Assembly (NCBI RefSeq): GCF_018061265.1
Contig: NZ_JAGOUM010000003.1
Source of the DNA: Rhodoferax sp.
GTDB taxonomy: Bacteria > Pseudomonadota > Gammaproteobacteria > Burkholderiales > Burkholderiaceae_C
Reading direction: 5' to 3' (one strand)
DNA length: 64,000 bases
Positions 1 to 12,296 of the stretch are shown in pieces. Each line of letters begins with the position of its first letter. The stretch's first letter is position 1. Both the position numbers and the translations under genes were made by a program. Under the pieces are notes generated by a model that saw only the letters and a list, made by a program, of their open reading frames with translations, was not told the DNA's origin and did not search any database.

Positions 1-1089
1 GGGGCCCCGTACTTCGATGCCACCAATGTCGCCATGCTTCAGTTGCTGGCCCGGTTCGCTCACCACCCGCAATTGCACGCCGGGCAGCGGCAGACCCACG
101 GTACCACCGCGGCGCTCACCGATGTAGGGGTTGGAGGTCAGCATCACTGTCTCGCTCATGCCGTAACGCTCAAGGATCGTATGGCCCGTGCGCTGCTGCC
201 ATCGCTGGAATGTATCCATCAGCAATGGCGCAGAGCCCGATACAAACAAACGCATCGACCTGGCGGCCGCCGAACTCAGGCCCGGGTCGGCGAGCAGCCG
301 CACATACAAGGTCGGCACCCCCATAAAAACCGTCGCCTGCCCCAGCTTGGCGATGATCCAGTGCGGGTCGAAGCGGGCACACCAAAGCATCTTGCTGCCA
401 TTGAGCAAGGCACCATGAATCGCCACAAACAGGCCATGCACATGAAAAATCGGCAGCGCGTGGATCAGCACATCGCCCCCCTGCGCTGGACTGCGCCAGC
501 CCCAGAAATCCTTGAGGACGCGTGCATTGCTAAGCATGTTGCCATGCGTCAGCATCGCTCCTTTCGAGCGCCCGGTGGTGCCACTGGTGTAAATGATGAC
601 TGCCACCTGATCGGCGTGGCGGGGCACCACAACGTGGTGGGCACCACCGTATACCGCCCGTTGTAACAGGGTGCCGGTGCGGTCTTCATTCAAAGTGAAG
701 ACCCACGCGGTGCCCGCCTGAAAGGCCAGTTTGCTGACCCAGCCAAAGTTCTGCGCGCTGCACACCACCACGGCGGGTTCGGCGTTGCCGATGAAGTAGG
801 CCATCTCGGCGCTTTGGTAGGCGGTATTGAGTGGCACATAGACCAAGCCGGCGCGTAACACTGCAAGATAAAGCGTCAGCGCTTCAACCGACTTTTCAAC
901 CTGAACCAGAATTCGTGCATCGGCTGGCAAACCCAGCGACTGCAAATAATTGGCCAGCATCGCGCTGCCACGATCCAGATCGCGCCAGGTGTAAAACAAG
1001 CCGCTTTCGGTTTCTACAGCGGTGCTTTCCAGATCTGCCGGAAACGCCTGGCGCAAGGCTGTATATACATTAGAGGAAGGGCTGGGCAT
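1..1089 (-). CDS. matB: Malonyl-CoA synthetase-type acyl-CoA ligase (3' end outside window)
   Basis: Translated by hand from ATG at 1089 (MPSPSSNVYTALRQAFPADL...YVPLNTAYQSAE...GTTGRSKGAML...HALPIFHVHGLF). AMP-binding motif and MatB-type signature. Absent from the ORF track because it runs off the window. Confidence 0.88.
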   Translation of the reverse strand, partial: MPSPSSNVYTALRQAFPADLESTAVETESGLFYTWRDLDRGSAMLANYLQSLGLPADARILVQVEKSVEALTLYLAVLRAGLVYVPLNTAYQSAEMAYFIGNAEPAVVVCSAQNFGWVSKLAFQAGTAWVFTLNEDRTGTLLQRAVYGGAHHVVVPRHADQVAVIIYTSGTTGRSKGAMLTHGNMLSNARVLKDFWGWRSPAQGGDVLIHALPIFHVHGLFVAIHGALLNGSKMLWCARFDPHWIIAKLGQATVFMGVPTLYVRLLADPGLSSAAARSMRLFVSGSAPLLMDTFQRWQQRTGHTILERYGMSETVMLTSNPYIGERRGGTVGLPLPGVQLRVVSEPGQQLKHGDIGGIEVRGP

Positions 1090-1134
1090 GGGCACTTATT
1101 CCTGGGGAGATGGCTGCAAATGGCGGGCGCGGCG

Positions 1135-1941
1135 TCAAAAGGCCGGTGGACGTTTATCTAGAAAAGCGCTGATGCCTTCGCGGTGCTCGGTGTGGGTTGC
1201 ATAGGCGTAGGCATCGGCACCTGGCAAATCGGTTGGCTCATTAGTTGTAGCATTCTGTGCTTGATTCATATGGTCTAGAACCCAATTTTTCCTGCGAAAG
1301 GTCTGTTTGTTCAGGCGTGCTGCCAGCGGCGACAGCGCCAGCATACGCAGCAGCGTGGCATGCGTGTGCTCTGCCAGTGCCTCATCGGCCACCACTCTGG
1401 TCAGGAAGCCGCGTGCCAGCATCTCCGGTGCCGAGAGCACCGCCGCCTCCAGCAACATCTGGCGCGCCGTGGTTTTGCCCACCTCGGCGCTCACCAGCGC
1501 CGCCTCTTGCGGGGCCATCGGAAATCCCAGCCGGGCAATGGGTGCCCCAAAATGCGCGCCCGCGGCCGCCAGGCGAATGTCGCAGCAGCTGGCAATTTCC
1601 AGGCCGGCGCCCATGCAGTTGCCACGAATCTTGGCCAACACCGGCAGGTCGCAGTCCAGAATGGCCTGCAGCGCACCCCAAACGTCCTGCTCGTGGAATT
1701 CACGCAAGCTGGCCGGATCAAACCGAAACTGCGGGTACTCTGAAATATCACCGCCCGCGCAAAAATGGGCACCGGTGCCGGTCACCACCACACAACGCAA
1801 ACCAGGGTCCTGCGCAATGGCCTCAAACACCGACTTGAGTTCGCACCACATGGCTCGTGACATGGCGTTAAAGCGCTTCGGGTTGTGCAGCGTGACCCTC
1901 GCCACGGCCTGCTGACACTGCAGCTTAATACACTCCGACAT
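1135..1941 (-). CDS. Enoyl-CoA hydratase/isomerase family protein
   Basis: Crotonase motifs FCAGGDI, GNCMGAGLEIASCCDIR and C-terminal EGISAFLDKRPPAF. Confidence 0.9.
   Translation of the reverse strand: MSECIKLQCQQAVARVTLHNPKRFNAMSRAMWCELKSVFEAIAQDPGLRCVVVTGTGAHFCAGGDISEYPQFRFDPASLREFHEQDVWGALQAILDCDLPVLAKIRGNCMGAGLEIASCCDIRLAAAGAHFGAPIARLGFPMAPQEAALVSAEVGKTTARQMLLEAAVLSAPEMLARGFLTRVVADEALAEHTHATLLRMLALSPLAARLNKQTFRRKNWVLDHMNQAQNATTNEPTDLPGADAYAYATHTEHREGISAFLDKRPPAF
1238..1294 (+). repeat. ~60-bp palindromic repeat, copy 1 (inside ECH gene, antisense)
   Basis: GTAGCATTCTGTGC-TTGATTCATAT-GGTCTAGAACC-CAATTTTTCCTG. Confidence 0.6.
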
Positions 1942-1962
1942 ACGTCACCGTTCGTTTCGTAA

Positions 1963-2023
1963 CTACCGTACTCATAGCTATCTAACCATACTTATAAAGG
2001 GCTTGAGGCTCATTTGTCTTGAA
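1963..2023 (+). repeat. ~60-bp palindromic repeat, copy 2 (overlaps lgt stop)
   Basis: ATAGCTATCTAACC-ATACTTATAAA-GGGCTTGAGGC-TCATTTGTCTTGAA. Confidence 0.7.
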
Positions 2024-2828
2024 CTTTGTGTTGTTGGGCGGCCCACAACCAAAGACCTGCGCCGCCCACCACCATCGGAATGCACAGCCACTGCCCCATG
2101 CTCAAGCCCATACTGAGCAAACCCAGATGGGCGTCGGGCTCGCGAAAGTACTCGGCAATAAAGCGAAACACGCCGTAGCCCAACAAAAAAGCCGCTGCCA
2201 CCTGACCCGGCGCGCGCGCTTTGCGGGCATACAACCACAACAGAACAAACAAGAGCATACCTTCGAGCAAAAACTGGTACACCTGCGACGGGTGCCGTGG
2301 CAGGTCACCCGCCCCCCGAAACACCATGCCCCACGGCAAGTCCGGGCTGGCCAGGCGACCCCACAGCTCGCCGTTGATGAAGTTGCCCACCCGCCCCATC
2401 GCCAACCCGGTAGGCACACAAGGCGCGACAAAGTCGGCAACCTGCAACAACGGGCGTTTGCGCGACCAGGCGAACCAGATTTCCGCAACCACCACACCGA
2501 TCATGCCACCATGAAAACTCATACCGCCCTGCCATACGGCGAACACCTCCAACGGATGTGCCAGGTAGTACCCCGGTTTGTAAAACAGGCAATAACCGAT
2601 GCGCCCGCCGAGCACCACGCCGACGACACCCAGAAACAGGATATCTTCCACATCGCGCCGAGTCCATGCCAGCGACCCGGTGAATGAGGCAAAGGGCTGG
2701 TGTCGCAAGCGCCGGTTGCCCAGCCACATGAAAAGGCCAAAAGCAGCCAGGTAGGTCAGACCATACCAGTGCACCGCGACAGGTCCGAGTTGCAGGGCGA
2801 CTGGGTCAATTTGAGGATGTATCAACAT
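2010..2828 (-). CDS. lgt: Prolipoprotein diacylglyceryl transferase
   Basis: [52 protein letters not shown] and EYFREPD. Start reassigned to ATG at 2828. Confidence 0.96.
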   Translation of the reverse strand: MLIHPQIDPVALQLGPVAVHWYGLTYLAAFGLFMWLGNRRLRHQPFASFTGSLAWTRRDVEDILFLGVVGVVLGGRIGYCLFYKPGYYLAHPLEVFAVWQGGMSFHGGMIGVVVAEIWFAWSRKRPLLQVADFVAPCVPTGLAMGRVGNFINGELWGRLASPDLPWGMVFRGAGDLPRHPSQVYQFLLEGMLLFVLLWLYARKARAPGQVAAAFLLGYGVFRFIAEYFREPDAHLGLLSMGLSMGQWLCIPMVVGGAGLWLWAAQQHKVQDK

Positions 2829-2959
2829 GGTGCGTGATTGTGCAACACCACTCAGCCGACTGGGTTTCGATTGCAATTTCCCTGTCAGTGACAAGCCAAA
2901 GGGCGTATGTGCTACCTTCGCAGCCCTTTGGGTAACGCGTTGAACGTGGGAGTGATGGC

Positions 2960-5719
2960 GTGAAAAAACTGTTTCTGTTCTGGAGTTTACTGATGATGCT
3001 GGCAAACCTGCATGCAGCGCCCGTGGTAGCGGAGGGCTATTCGCATGTGAAATCCGTGGGAGACATTCAAGAATACACCCTGAAATCCAATGGATTGCAG
3101 GTCTTGCTGTTGCCCGACCATGCCAGCCCAACGCTGACGTTTATGGTGACCTACCGGGTCGGCTCACGCAACGAGGTGACCGGCACCACCGGAGCCACCC
3201 ACATCCTGGAACACCTGATGTTCAAGGGCACCAGGAATCGTCCCAACAGTTCGAGCAATAACGTCAAACAACTGCTTGAGCGCACGGGCGCGCGCTACAA
3301 CGCCTCCACCTGGCTGGACCGCACCAACTACTACGCCAACCTTGGCAGTGAGCATCTGGCCACGATCATTGACATGGAAGCCGACCGCATGCGCAACCTT
3401 TCACTGGACGATGCCGATCGCCAGGCAGAGATGACGGTGGTTCGCAACGAATACGAGCAAGGTGAAAATTCGCCGTTTCAGGCGCTCTATAAAGAGATTT
3501 TTTACGCTGCCTTTGTGGCACACCCCTACCACCACAGCACCATTGGCCACCGCAGCGACATCGAGAAGGTCAGCATCGAGAAGCTTCGCGAGTTCTACGA
3601 CACCTTTTACTGGCCCAACAATGCCACTGTGACGTTGGTCGGTGACTTCCAGCCGCAGCAAGCGCTGGCACTGATCAAGAATGCCTTCGGGGTCTATCCC
3701 AGGTCACCCAAACCCGTCCCAGCGCTGTACACCGAAGAGCCAGCCCAAGGCGGGCCGCGTCGGGTGAGTGTCAAGCGCCCTGGGCAGTTGGGGCTGGTGG
3801 CCATTGCGCACAAAATTCCCCAGGCAACCCATGCTGATTTTGCGGCGCTGAGTCTTCTCAGTGCCGTCCTGACCGATGGCAAGAACAGCCGTCTCTACAA
3901 GGTGTTGACCGACAAAAACCTCACCACAGGTGTCAGCGGATTCCCCGGCTTTAATGCCGACCCCAGCCTGCACCTTCTGTTCTTGCCCATGGCACCGGGA
4001 GCCAGTCACGAGCAGGTGGAAAAAATTGCGCTTGAGGAGATTGAGCGCCTTAAGAAAGAGGGTGTTTCCGAGGCTGAACTACAGGCGGCCATTGCCAAGT
4101 CGCTGGCCAGCACGGCGTTTGACCGCGACGGCTCTTTCGCCATTGCCGGCAATCTGAACGAGGCGATCGCAGCGGGCGACTGGTCTCTTTACTACAGCAT
4201 CGATGAGGCCGTGCGCAAGGTCACGCAGTCCGATATCCAGCGGGTAGCACGACAGTATTTTAACGAAGACCAAAGCACGACGGGCTGGTTTGTCCCGACC
4301 AACCCGGCCGGCACAGCACTGACAGTACCGCTTGCAGCCACTGCGCTGTTGGCGGACATTGGCCCTAACTATTACCGTACACCCGGCCTGTCTGAAATTG
4401 GCCCACACGCGGCCCAAAGCGCTGACGCTGGCAGCGGGCCGGTGTCCAGTGCCGTTCGTATTTCGGCCAAAGCCCAACGCAGCAAGGTCGCGGGCATTGA
4501 CCTGATCACTTACGCGACAGGTGTCAAAGACGTCGTGACCCTGCGTGGCGCGCTGCCCGCAGGACGAGCCCAAGCGAAGAGCAATCCGGCGCTTGCCGCA
4601 CTCACCTCCATGCTGCTGGACAAGGGCACGCAGAAACAGGACAAGTTTGCCATCGCCCAACGCCTGGAGGCAGTCGGTGCCAGCCTGCATTTCTCGGCAG
4701 GGGTCGATACGCTGGACATCAGCGCCAAATGTCTTAAAAAAGACCTGCCCCTGGTGCTGAGCCTGATGGCTGAGCAGCTACGCATGCCAGCGCTTGATGC
4801 CGAAGAGCTAGCCAAGGCCAAAAAACAGCTTGTGGGTGGCATCAAGCGCAGCCAGGAAAACACCGACTACCGGGCCGCTGACGCCTTTACCCGTTTGATT
4901 TACCCAGTGGGTCACCCCAATCGCCAGAGCGACCCTGGGGCCTTGCTAGCGGCGATCGAGTCGGTCCAGCCCGATGACGTGCGAGCCTTTCACAAAGCCC
5001 ACTATGGTCCCGGTCACATGATTTTGGTGGCGGTGGGTGACTTGACCAACAGCGACCTGGCGGACGAGGTCACACGCGCCTTTGCTGGCTGGCAGGGTGG
5101 TAGCGCTCCGGTACGCAACACGCAGGCGCTGACGTTGAGCGAACCCAAAGTCGAAAACGTGCAAGTTAACGGAAAAACCAGCGTTTCAGTTTTGTTGGGG
5201 CAAGCCAGCGGGCTGGGTCACCAGCATCCGGATGCCATGGCGCTGCGTGTGGCCACGGCCATTCTGGGTAGCGGCTTCACCGGGCGACTGATGGCCAATG
5301 TACGCGACAAGGAAGGTTTGACCTATGGTGTGAGCGCCAGCATGGGCAACGACAGCTTTAACCAGGGAGATTGGCGCATTACGGCCAGCTTTGCACCTGC
5401 CTTGCTTGAGAAAGGACTGGCCTCAACGCACCGCCAACTCAACCTTTGGTATCAGCAAGGGGTGACAGCCGATGAAATCGCGTCACGCAAGACCAATCTG
5501 GTGGGTTCGTTCCAGGTGGCGCTGTCTACCACCGACGGGCTGGCCAGCACACTGCTGGCAGCCGTTGAACGTGGTTACCCGCTGTCGTGGGTGGACGATT
5601 ACCCGGCACAGATTCGAGCACTGACCGACTCGCAGATCAACCTGGCGATCAAGACTTATCTGCAGCCCAAGAATATGGTACTGATCCAGGCTGGCAGCCT
5701 CGACGGTGTCAAGCACTGA
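2960..5719 (+). CDS. Secreted M16 family zinc metallopeptidase (fused two-module type)
   Basis: Signal peptide, inverted zinc motif [16 protein letters not shown], and second module with [11 protein letters not shown]. Confidence 0.9.
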   Translation: MKKLFLFWSLLMMLANLHAAPVVAEGYSHVKSVGDIQEYTLKSNGLQVLLLPDHASPTLTFMVTYRVGSRNEVTGTTGATHILEHLMFKGTRNRPNSSSNNVKQLLERTGARYNASTWLDRTNYYANLGSEHLATIIDMEADRMRNLSLDDADRQAEMTVVRNEYEQGENSPFQALYKEIFYAAFVAHPYHHSTIGHRSDIEKVSIEKLREFYDTFYWPNNATVTLVGDFQPQQALALIKNAFGVYPRSPKPVPALYTEEPAQGGPRRVSVKRPGQLGLVAIAHKIPQATHADFAALSLLSAVLTDGKNSRLYKVLTDKNLTTGVSGFPGFNADPSLHLLFLPMAPGASHEQVEKIALEEIERLKKEGVSEAELQAAIAKSLASTAFDRDGSFAIAGNLNEAIAAGDWSLYYSIDEAVRKVTQSDIQRVARQYFNEDQSTTGWFVPTNPAGTALTVPLAATALLADIGPNYYRTPGLSEIGPHAAQSADAGSGPVSSAVRISAKAQRSKVAGIDLITYATGVKDVVTLRGALPAGRAQAKSNPALAALTSMLLDKGTQKQDKFAIAQRLEAVGASLHFSAGVDTLDISAKCLKKDLPLVLSLMAEQLRMPALDAEELAKAKKQLVGGIKRSQENTDYRAADAFTRLIYPVGHPNRQSDPGALLAAIESVQPDDVRAFHKAHYGPGHMILVAVGDLTNSDLADEVTRAFAGWQGGSAPVRNTQALTLSEPKVENVQVNGKTSVSVLLGQASGLGHQHPDAMALRVATAILGSGFTGRLMANVRDKEGLTYGVSASMGNDSFNQGDWRITASFAPALLEKGLASTHRQLNLWYQQGVTADEIASRKTNLVGSFQVALSTTDGLASTLLAAVERGYPLSWVDDYPAQIRALTDSQINLAIKTYLQPKNMVLIQAGSLDGVKH

Positions 5720-5749
5720 CAGCGGTCGATACCGATTGTGAATCGACCC

Positions 5750-8700
5750 TTAAGCCGCCTGGATATCCTGCGGCGGTGCTGCAAAACGTCGCGCCCACCA
5801 GCGCGGCAGGTTGTCCAGGTAGGTGTAAAGCACCGGCACCACCACCAATGTCAAAAGGGTGGAGGTAATCAGGCCACCAATGACGGCGCGCCCCATCGGC
5901 GCTTGTGACTCACCACCCTCACCGGCACCGATGGCCATCGGCAGCATGCCAAAAATCATCGCCAGGGTGGTCATGATGATCGGGCGCAGCCGCACCTGAC
6001 CTGCGTTGCGCACAGCATCAAACTGGCCCATGCCGGCGCGCTGCGAATGGTTGGCAAAGTCCACCAGCAAGATCGCATTTTTCACCACCAGACCCATCAA
6101 CATGATGAATCCGATCACCGAGAACAGATTCAGCGTCGACCCCGTTACAAGCAGCGCTGCCATGACCCCAGCCAACGTAAACGGCAATGAGGCCATGATG
6201 GCCACCGGCTGCAGGAAACTGGCAAATTGGGATGCCAGAATGAAATAGATAAACACCACGGCCAGGCCGAGTGCCACCAGTGCGGCACCCCCGGCTTCGG
6301 CGTTTTGCTCGGCCTCACCTTTGATGTCAAACCGGTAACCCGGCGGCAGTGTGATGGCCTTGACCGCTGCGGTAACCTCTTTGGCCGCATCTCCGGTAGG
6401 TCGACCCTCGACGTTGGCATAAATGCCCACACGCCGCTCCAGGTCCTGACGCTTGATCACTTGCGGGCTGCTGGCCGGTACAAACTCGACCACCTGGCGC
6501 AGCGGCACCATCACCGGCGCGCCAGTGGCATCGAGCCGACCTGTGGCAATAAACAGATCGCCCAGATCTGCCAGACGCTGACGTCCGGAGACCGGCAATT
6601 GCACGTTGACCTCGTAGTTTTGCCCGTCGGGTGCCAGCCAGGTGCTGACCTGGTCACCATTCACCAGCGGGCGCAGGGCGGTGCCGATTTGCTCCAAAGA
6701 CAAGCCCAGGTCACTTGCCACGGCCTGGTTGACCTTGATGATCACCGCCGGGTTGGCCGCCTGCAGGCTGTGCTCCAGATCCACCACCCCTTTGACTGCA
6801 CCAATTTTCGCCATGATGCCATCGAGCAGTTGGGGTAGCTCTGCCGAAGCGGGGCCAATCAGATTGATCCAGATTGGCTTGTTGAATCCCACCGACAGTT
6901 CAATGCCGGCAATCCGTTTGAGCCGTTCACGCACCGATTTTTCAACCTCTGTTTGTGGTTGGCGACCGGTTTTCTTGGCGTCAGTCAGCTTGACCAACAA
7001 CTCCGCCTCGTTGCGATTGCCACCACCCACCGTGGTACTGATCAGGTCGATCTCGGGGAAGTCGCGGATCGCTGCCTCGACCTGGCGGATCTTGCCGTCT
7101 GTGTAGCTCAAACTGGAGCCTACAGGTGTCTTGACCTTGAGCGAAAACACTCCCTGGTCCGCCTTGGGCATAAATTCACCACCCACCAATGGCACCAGGC
7201 CAAGGCTGCCGATAAATATCAGTCCGGCCACCGCCAATGTGGTCTTGCGCCGCCGCAAACAGCGGTTGAGCAGACGCCCATACACCTGATGCAACCAGTC
7301 CACCCGATGTTCCACTGCTTCCATCAACCGCCCCAACCAGGGCGCCTTGGCAAAACGTGTTGCCACCGGGTCTTTCCAAACCGACGAAAGCATGGGGTCC
7401 AGTGTGAAGCTGACAAAAAGTGACACCAGTACCGCCACCGTCACGGTGATGCCAAACTGGAAAAAAATGCGTCCAATGATGCCACTCATGAACGCCACAG
7501 GAATAAACACGGCACAAATCGCCAGCGTGGTGGCCAGCACCGCCAAGCCAATCTCTTCCGTGCCGTCGCGTGCCGCATCCAGATGGCTTTTCCCCATGCC
7601 CACATGGCGCACGATGTTCTCGCGCACCACAATGGCATCGTCAATCAGCAAGCCAATGCACAGCGACAAGGCCATCAACGTCACCGCATTGATCGTGAAG
7701 CCAAACGCGTACATCGCAATGAAGGTTGACAAGACCGAGATGGGCAAGGTCACACCCGTGATGACGGTACTGCGCCATGAGTGCAAGAACAGGAACACTA
7801 TCAGGATGGTCAACAAACCACCCTCTATGATGGTGTGTTTGACCGCATTCAGCGAGCTTTTGACATAACTGGCGTTTTCTGAAATCGCGCGGATCTCAAC
7901 CTCAGGTGGCAATTGCTGCCGCAACTTGTCAACGGCCTGGTCCAGTTCGTCAGCAACGGCAACCAGATTGGCGTCCTGGGTCTTGAAGATACCAATGGTG
8001 AGCGCGGGTTCACCGTTCACCCGGGCGATCGAGTCTTCTTCACGCTCGCCATCGGTAACCTGCGCGACTTGCTCCAGCAACACCGGCACTCCGGCGCGGC
8101 GCGCCACAATGATCTTGGCAAAAGACTCGACACTTTTGAGTTTGCCCTCGATGCGCACCAGTTGCTCCTGGGTATCGGCTCTAAGGCTTCCAGCGGGCAT
8201 GTCCTGATTGACCGCACGAATCGCGCCTAGGACCTCATCAATGCCGATCTGGTAGGCCAGCATTTGCTGCGCCTTGAGCTGGATCTGCACCTGGCGCTGC
8301 ACGCTCCCCCCCACACTCACCTGCCCAACGCCAGACACGCCCTGCAGCCGCTTGACAATTTGCTGGTCGGTCAAGGTCGACAGCTCACGCAGGCTGCGAG
8401 TCTTGGACATCACTGCGTAGGTGGAAATGGGCTCTGCCCCATCAAACTGGCCCCGCACAATCAAAGGATCTTTGGCGTCCTTGGGGAAGGACGGGCGCAA
8501 TTGCGCCACCTTGTCGCGCACATCCTGCACCGCCTTGGTCATGTCGGTGCTCAGCTCAAACTCAACCCACAACTCGCCGCGCCCCTCAAAAGCGTTGCCA
8601 TACAGGGTGCGGATGCCGGTGATAGTGTTAACCGCCTCTTCCATTGGTTTGACCAGATCGGCTTCGACCTGCTCGGGCGATGCACCAGGGTAGCGCACCT

Positions 8701-8842
8701 GAAGCCAGACGCCTGGCACCTGCACGTCTGGCATTTGTTCCACACCCAGCCGGGTGTAAGAAATAATGCCCAGCAGCATCAGCGCCAGCATCACCATGGT
8801 GGCAAAAACAGGCTGGTTAATACTGGTTTTAGTGATCCACAT
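5750..8842 (-). CDS. RND efflux transporter, AcrB/AcrD/AcrF family
   Basis: 1030 aa; GLLIDDAIVVREN, VKNAILLVDF and RLRPIIMTTLA motifs. Confidence 0.95.
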   Translation of the reverse strand: MWITKTSINQPVFATMVMLALMLLGIISYTRLGVEQMPDVQVPGVWLQVRYPGASPEQVEADLVKPMEEAVNTITGIRTLYGNAFEGRGELWVEFELSTDMTKAVQDVRDKVAQLRPSFPKDAKDPLIVRGQFDGAEPISTYAVMSKTRSLRELSTLTDQQIVKRLQGVSGVGQVSVGGSVQRQVQIQLKAQQMLAYQIGIDEVLGAIRAVNQDMPAGSLRADTQEQLVRIEGKLKSVESFAKIIVARRAGVPVLLEQVAQVTDGEREEDSIARVNGEPALTIGIFKTQDANLVAVADELDQAVDKLRQQLPPEVEIRAISENASYVKSSLNAVKHTIIEGGLLTILIVFLFLHSWRSTVITGVTLPISVLSTFIAMYAFGFTINAVTLMALSLCIGLLIDDAIVVRENIVRHVGMGKSHLDAARDGTEEIGLAVLATTLAICAVFIPVAFMSGIIGRIFFQFGITVTVAVLVSLFVSFTLDPMLSSVWKDPVATRFAKAPWLGRLMEAVEHRVDWLHQVYGRLLNRCLRRRKTTLAVAGLIFIGSLGLVPLVGGEFMPKADQGVFSLKVKTPVGSSLSYTDGKIRQVEAAIRDFPEIDLISTTVGGGNRNEAELLVKLTDAKKTGRQPQTEVEKSVRERLKRIAGIELSVGFNKPIWINLIGPASAELPQLLDGIMAKIGAVKGVVDLEHSLQAANPAVIIKVNQAVASDLGLSLEQIGTALRPLVNGDQVSTWLAPDGQNYEVNVQLPVSGRQRLADLGDLFIATGRLDATGAPVMVPLRQVVEFVPASSPQVIKRQDLERRVGIYANVEGRPTGDAAKEVTAAVKAITLPPGYRFDIKGEAEQNAEAGGAALVALGLAVVFIYFILASQFASFLQPVAIMASLPFTLAGVMAALLVTGSTLNLFSVIGFIMLMGLVVKNAILLVDFANHSQRAGMGQFDAVRNAGQVRLRPIIMTTLAMIFGMLPMAIGAGEGGESQAPMGRAVIGGLITSTLLTLVVVPVLYTYLDNLPRWWARRFAAPPQDIQAA

Positions 8843-8851
8843 ACGCTGCTT

Positions 8852-10027
8852 TCAGGAGGCAACGGGCGCTGCTGGCATGACCACCAGTGTGCCCACCTTG
8901 AGCCCCGCCATGCGGATGCGTACCACGGTCGCCCCAACCGCCAACCCGCTGCTGACCTCAGCCAGGCCGCCAGACTCGTCCCTGAAACCGAGTCGCACCG
9001 CCTGCTTGGCCAGCTTGCCGTCTTGTATGGCAAACACATAGCTTTGCCCAGCCTCTTCAAACACCGCACTCAAAGGCACCACCGGTGCGCTGGCCGACTG
9101 CGACACCGTCACCGCCCCTTGGGCAAACATGCCGCCGCGCAAACTCGCATCGGCATTGGGCACCGAGACAAAAAGTTTAATGGCACGTGAGCCGGGCTCC
9201 GTCATCGGGTTGATGCGCTCAACCTTGCCATGAAACTGACGCCCACCAAACCCATCAACCGAAAACTGCACGCCCTGCCCCGGTGTGATTTGTGCCACGT
9301 CTGACGCCGGCACCGTGGCGTCAAGCTCCAGGCGCGACAAGTCCACCAGTTGAAACATGGGCGCATCGGGCGCCAAGCGTTCACCCCCATTGACCAGGCG
9401 TTTGGCCACCACGCCCGACATCGGTGCGCGCACCACTGCATCGGCAATACTCTGGCGCGCCAATTTCACCTGGGCATCAGCCCACTGCACCGCCGCCTGC
9501 GCCGCATGGTAGGTGCTTTGCAATTGATCGAAGGCGTTTTGCGAGATAAAGTTTTGTTTGAGCAGCGTTTGATTGGTGTCGCGGTTGCGCGCAGCAATGT
9601 CCAGCCGGGCGCGGCGCTCCGCTTGGTCGGCCAGGGCGGCCTCCAGGCGTGAGCGGGCGTCGGTGGTTTCCATGTCGGCCAGGATCTCGCCCTGTCGCAC
9701 CGCCTGCCCTTCACGCACCAGCACCCGCTGCACCTCACCACTCACGCTGGCCTTGACCGTGGTCTGGGTGGTGGGGGCGAGCGAGCCACTGATGGCAATG
9801 CGATGCGCCAACGGCTGCGCCACCACCCGGGCCACGTCGCCAGGGGCAAACTCAAGCGTTACCGGGGCGCTCTCCTTCTTGCCAGCCTCGTCAGCCTTGG
9901 CCGCACCGTTTTTGGTATAAAAAAACGTGCCGGCACCCGCCACCAGCAACAGCGCCAGCGCACCCAGCCACACGGGCAGGCGCCGCCGAGCGGGGGTGAT
10001 TCGATTGGTTTGTGAACTTGCGGTCAT
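8852..10027 (-). CDS. RND periplasmic adaptor (membrane fusion protein)
   Basis: N-terminal TM segment, lipoyl half-motifs (VSGEVQRVLVREGQAV; VRAPMSGVV), coiled coil; adjacent to the RND gene. Confidence 0.93.
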   Translation of the reverse strand: MTASSQTNRITPARRRLPVWLGALALLLVAGAGTFFYTKNGAAKADEAGKKESAPVTLEFAPGDVARVVAQPLAHRIAISGSLAPTTQTTVKASVSGEVQRVLVREGQAVRQGEILADMETTDARSRLEAALADQAERRARLDIAARNRDTNQTLLKQNFISQNAFDQLQSTYHAAQAAVQWADAQVKLARQSIADAVVRAPMSGVVAKRLVNGGERLAPDAPMFQLVDLSRLELDATVPASDVAQITPGQGVQFSVDGFGGRQFHGKVERINPMTEPGSRAIKLFVSVPNADASLRGGMFAQGAVTVSQSASAPVVPLSAVFEEAGQSYVFAIQDGKLAKQAVRLGFRDESGGLAEVSSGLAVGATVVRIRMAGLKVGTLVVMPAAPVAS

Positions 10028-10250
10028 GTCGTTAAATAATGAAAGTACAGTTGGGGCGGTTAGGGGTGGCCCGGCAGGTTAACTCAATCGACGGTATCTT
10101 GCACGCGGCCGCCTGACCAGCACGGTGCGACAGACGGCAGCCACGCCGGCACAAACGGCAGCCCGTGTGGATAGTCGGAAAAACTGCCTGGCGGTCCGCC
10201 CCCTTTCGCCTCACAACGCGGAGGGCCGTGCCGAAGTGCAAGGCAGCTCT

Positions 10251-10311
10251 TTTAGGCGATTTTTGTCTCTAGCCCTTTTAAATAAAGCGCTAGCAGCTAT
10301 GATTAATGTAT
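10251..10311 (-). repeat. ~60-bp palindromic repeat, copy 3 (intergenic, after ilvD)
   Basis: ATAGCTGCTAGCGC-TTTATTTAAAA-GGGCTAGAGAC-AAAAATCGCCTAAA. Confidence 0.8.
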
Positions 10312-10341
10312 CGCCCATGCAGGCCGACAACAGCGCAGCGC

Positions 10342-12201
10342 TCAATCACCGAGCAAAGACAGATCGCGCACCGCGCCCTTGTCAGCCGACATCACCAATT
10401 TTGCATAGGCCTTGAGCGCACTTGAGACCTTGCGCGGGCGCGGCTTGGCGGGTTTCCAGCCGATAGCGTCTTGCGCGACCCGGCGTTGCGCGAGTTCATC
10501 CTCAGACACCAGCACGTTGACGCCGCGGTTGGGGATGTCGATGCGGATGCGATCACCATCGCGCACCAAGCCGATGGCGCCACCGGCAGCCGCTTCGGGC
10601 GAGGCGTGGCCAATCGACAGGCCCGACGTACCTCCAGAAAAACGTCCGTCGGTCAGCAGCGCACAGGCTTTGCCCAAGCCCTTGGACTTGATGTAGCTGG
10701 TCGGGTAGAGCATCTCCTGCATGCCGGGCCCCCCCTTGGGGCCCTCGTAGCGCACGATCACCACGTCACCTGCCTTGACCTTGTCAGCCAGAATATGTTC
10801 GACGGCCTCGTCTTGCGACTCAACCACATGTGCCGGCCCCTCAAACACCAGCAGTGCATCGTCCACACCGGCGGTCTTCACCACACAGCCATTCAGAGCA
10901 ATGTTGCCGTACAGCACCGCCAGCCCGCCTTCTTGCGAAAACGCGTGTGTGCCTGACCGAATCACCCCCTGCGCCCGGTCCACGTCCAGACTGGGCCAGC
11001 GGGCGGCTTGGCTAAACGCCACCTGGGTAGGCACACCGCCGGGTCCGGCGCTGTAAAAGTGCTTCACCTCGGCGCTGGGCTGGCGCGCCAGGTCCCACTT
11101 GTCCAATGCGTCCTTCATGGTTTTTGCATGTACCGTCGGCACATCGGTATGCAGCTTGCCAGCCCGGTCCAGTTCACCCAAAATGGCCATGATGCCGCCG
11201 GCGCGGTGCACGTCTTCCAGGTGCACCTTGGGCGAATTTGGCGCCACCTTGCACAGCTGCGGCACCCCGCGCGACATGCGATCGATGTCGGCCATGGTGA
11301 AGTCAATGCCCGCCTCTTGCGCAATCGCCAGGATGTGCAGGATGGTATTGGTCGAGCCGCCCATGGCAATGTCAAGCGCTATGGCATTCTCAAACGCCTT
11401 GAATCCCACCGAGCGTGGCAGCACCGTGGAGTCGTCCTGCTCGTACCAGCGCTGGCACAACTCGACAATCAAATGCCCGGCACGCTTAAACAATTGCTCC
11501 CGGTCGGCGTGGGTGGCCACCACTGTGCCATTGCCAGGCAGCGCCAGGCCCAGCGCTTCGGCCAGGCAGTTCATGGAATTCGCGGTGAACATGCCTGAAC
11601 ACGATCCGCAGGTTGGGCAGGCCGAGCGCTCCACCTCGGCCACGGTTTCATCCGACACACTGGCATCCGCCGCCATCACCATGGCATCGATCAAATCGAG
11701 CTTCTTGATCTCAAAAGTTTGCGTGGTCGGGTTCAGCAGCCGGGTTTTGCCAGCTTCCATCGGCCCGCCCGACACAAACACGACGGGAATATTGATACGC
11801 ATCGCCGCCATCAGCATGCCCGGGGTAATCTTGTCGCAGTTGCTGATACACACCATGGCATCGGCACAGTGCGCATTGACCATGTATTCCACGCTGTCAG
11901 CAATGATGTCGCGGCTGGGCAGTGAATACAGCATGCCATCATGTCCCATGGCAATGCCGTCGTCCACCGCAATGGTGTTGAACTCCTTGGCTACGCCGCC
12001 AGCGGCTTCAATCTCGCGCGCCACCAGCTGACCCAAGTCCTTCAAATGCACGTGGCCAGGCACAAACTGAGTGAATGAGTTGACCACAGCAACGATGGGT
12101 TTGCTGAAGTCGCCATCTTTCATACCGGTAGCACGCCACAAAGAGCGGGCACCCGCCATATTGCGGCCGGCGGTCGAAGTTTTTGAGCGGTAAACGGGCA
12201 T
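10342..12201 (-). CDS. ilvD: Dihydroxy-acid dehydratase
   Basis: [52 protein letters not shown] and TDGRFSGG. Confidence 0.97.
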   Translation of the reverse strand: MPVYRSKTSTAGRNMAGARSLWRATGMKDGDFSKPIVAVVNSFTQFVPGHVHLKDLGQLVAREIEAAGGVAKEFNTIAVDDGIAMGHDGMLYSLPSRDIIADSVEYMVNAHCADAMVCISNCDKITPGMLMAAMRINIPVVFVSGGPMEAGKTRLLNPTTQTFEIKKLDLIDAMVMAADASVSDETVAEVERSACPTCGSCSGMFTANSMNCLAEALGLALPGNGTVVATHADREQLFKRAGHLIVELCQRWYEQDDSTVLPRSVGFKAFENAIALDIAMGGSTNTILHILAIAQEAGIDFTMADIDRMSRGVPQLCKVAPNSPKVHLEDVHRAGGIMAILGELDRAGKLHTDVPTVHAKTMKDALDKWDLARQPSAEVKHFYSAGPGGVPTQVAFSQAARWPSLDVDRAQGVIRSGTHAFSQEGGLAVLYGNIALNGCVVKTAGVDDALLVFEGPAHVVESQDEAVEHILADKVKAGDVVIVRYEGPKGGPGMQEMLYPTSYIKSKGLGKACALLTDGRFSGGTSGLSIGHASPEAAAGGAIGLVRDGDRIRIDIPNRGVNVLVSEDELAQRRVAQDAIGWKPAKPRPRKVSSALKAYAKLVMSADKGAVRDLSLLGD

Positions 12202-12296
12202 GGTCGGGACTGTCAAAAAATGGTTGTATGACTTGAAGAACGCGCTGGATTATGGCCTACCAAACAAAAATCTGGTGCCATCAGGGTCGTCCCAAA

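Noticed and set aside
2829-3131. N-terminal extension of lgt in the ORF track (likewise for murB, pepN, the ABC binding protein and the primase)
   Set aside because: The extensions overlap neighbouring genes or intergenic DNA; family similarity begins at a downstream ATG.
2960-10027. M16 peptidase plus RND pump as a peptide processing and export system
   Set aside because: The genes are convergent, and no precursor peptide, outer-membrane factor or biosynthetic enzyme is adjacent.
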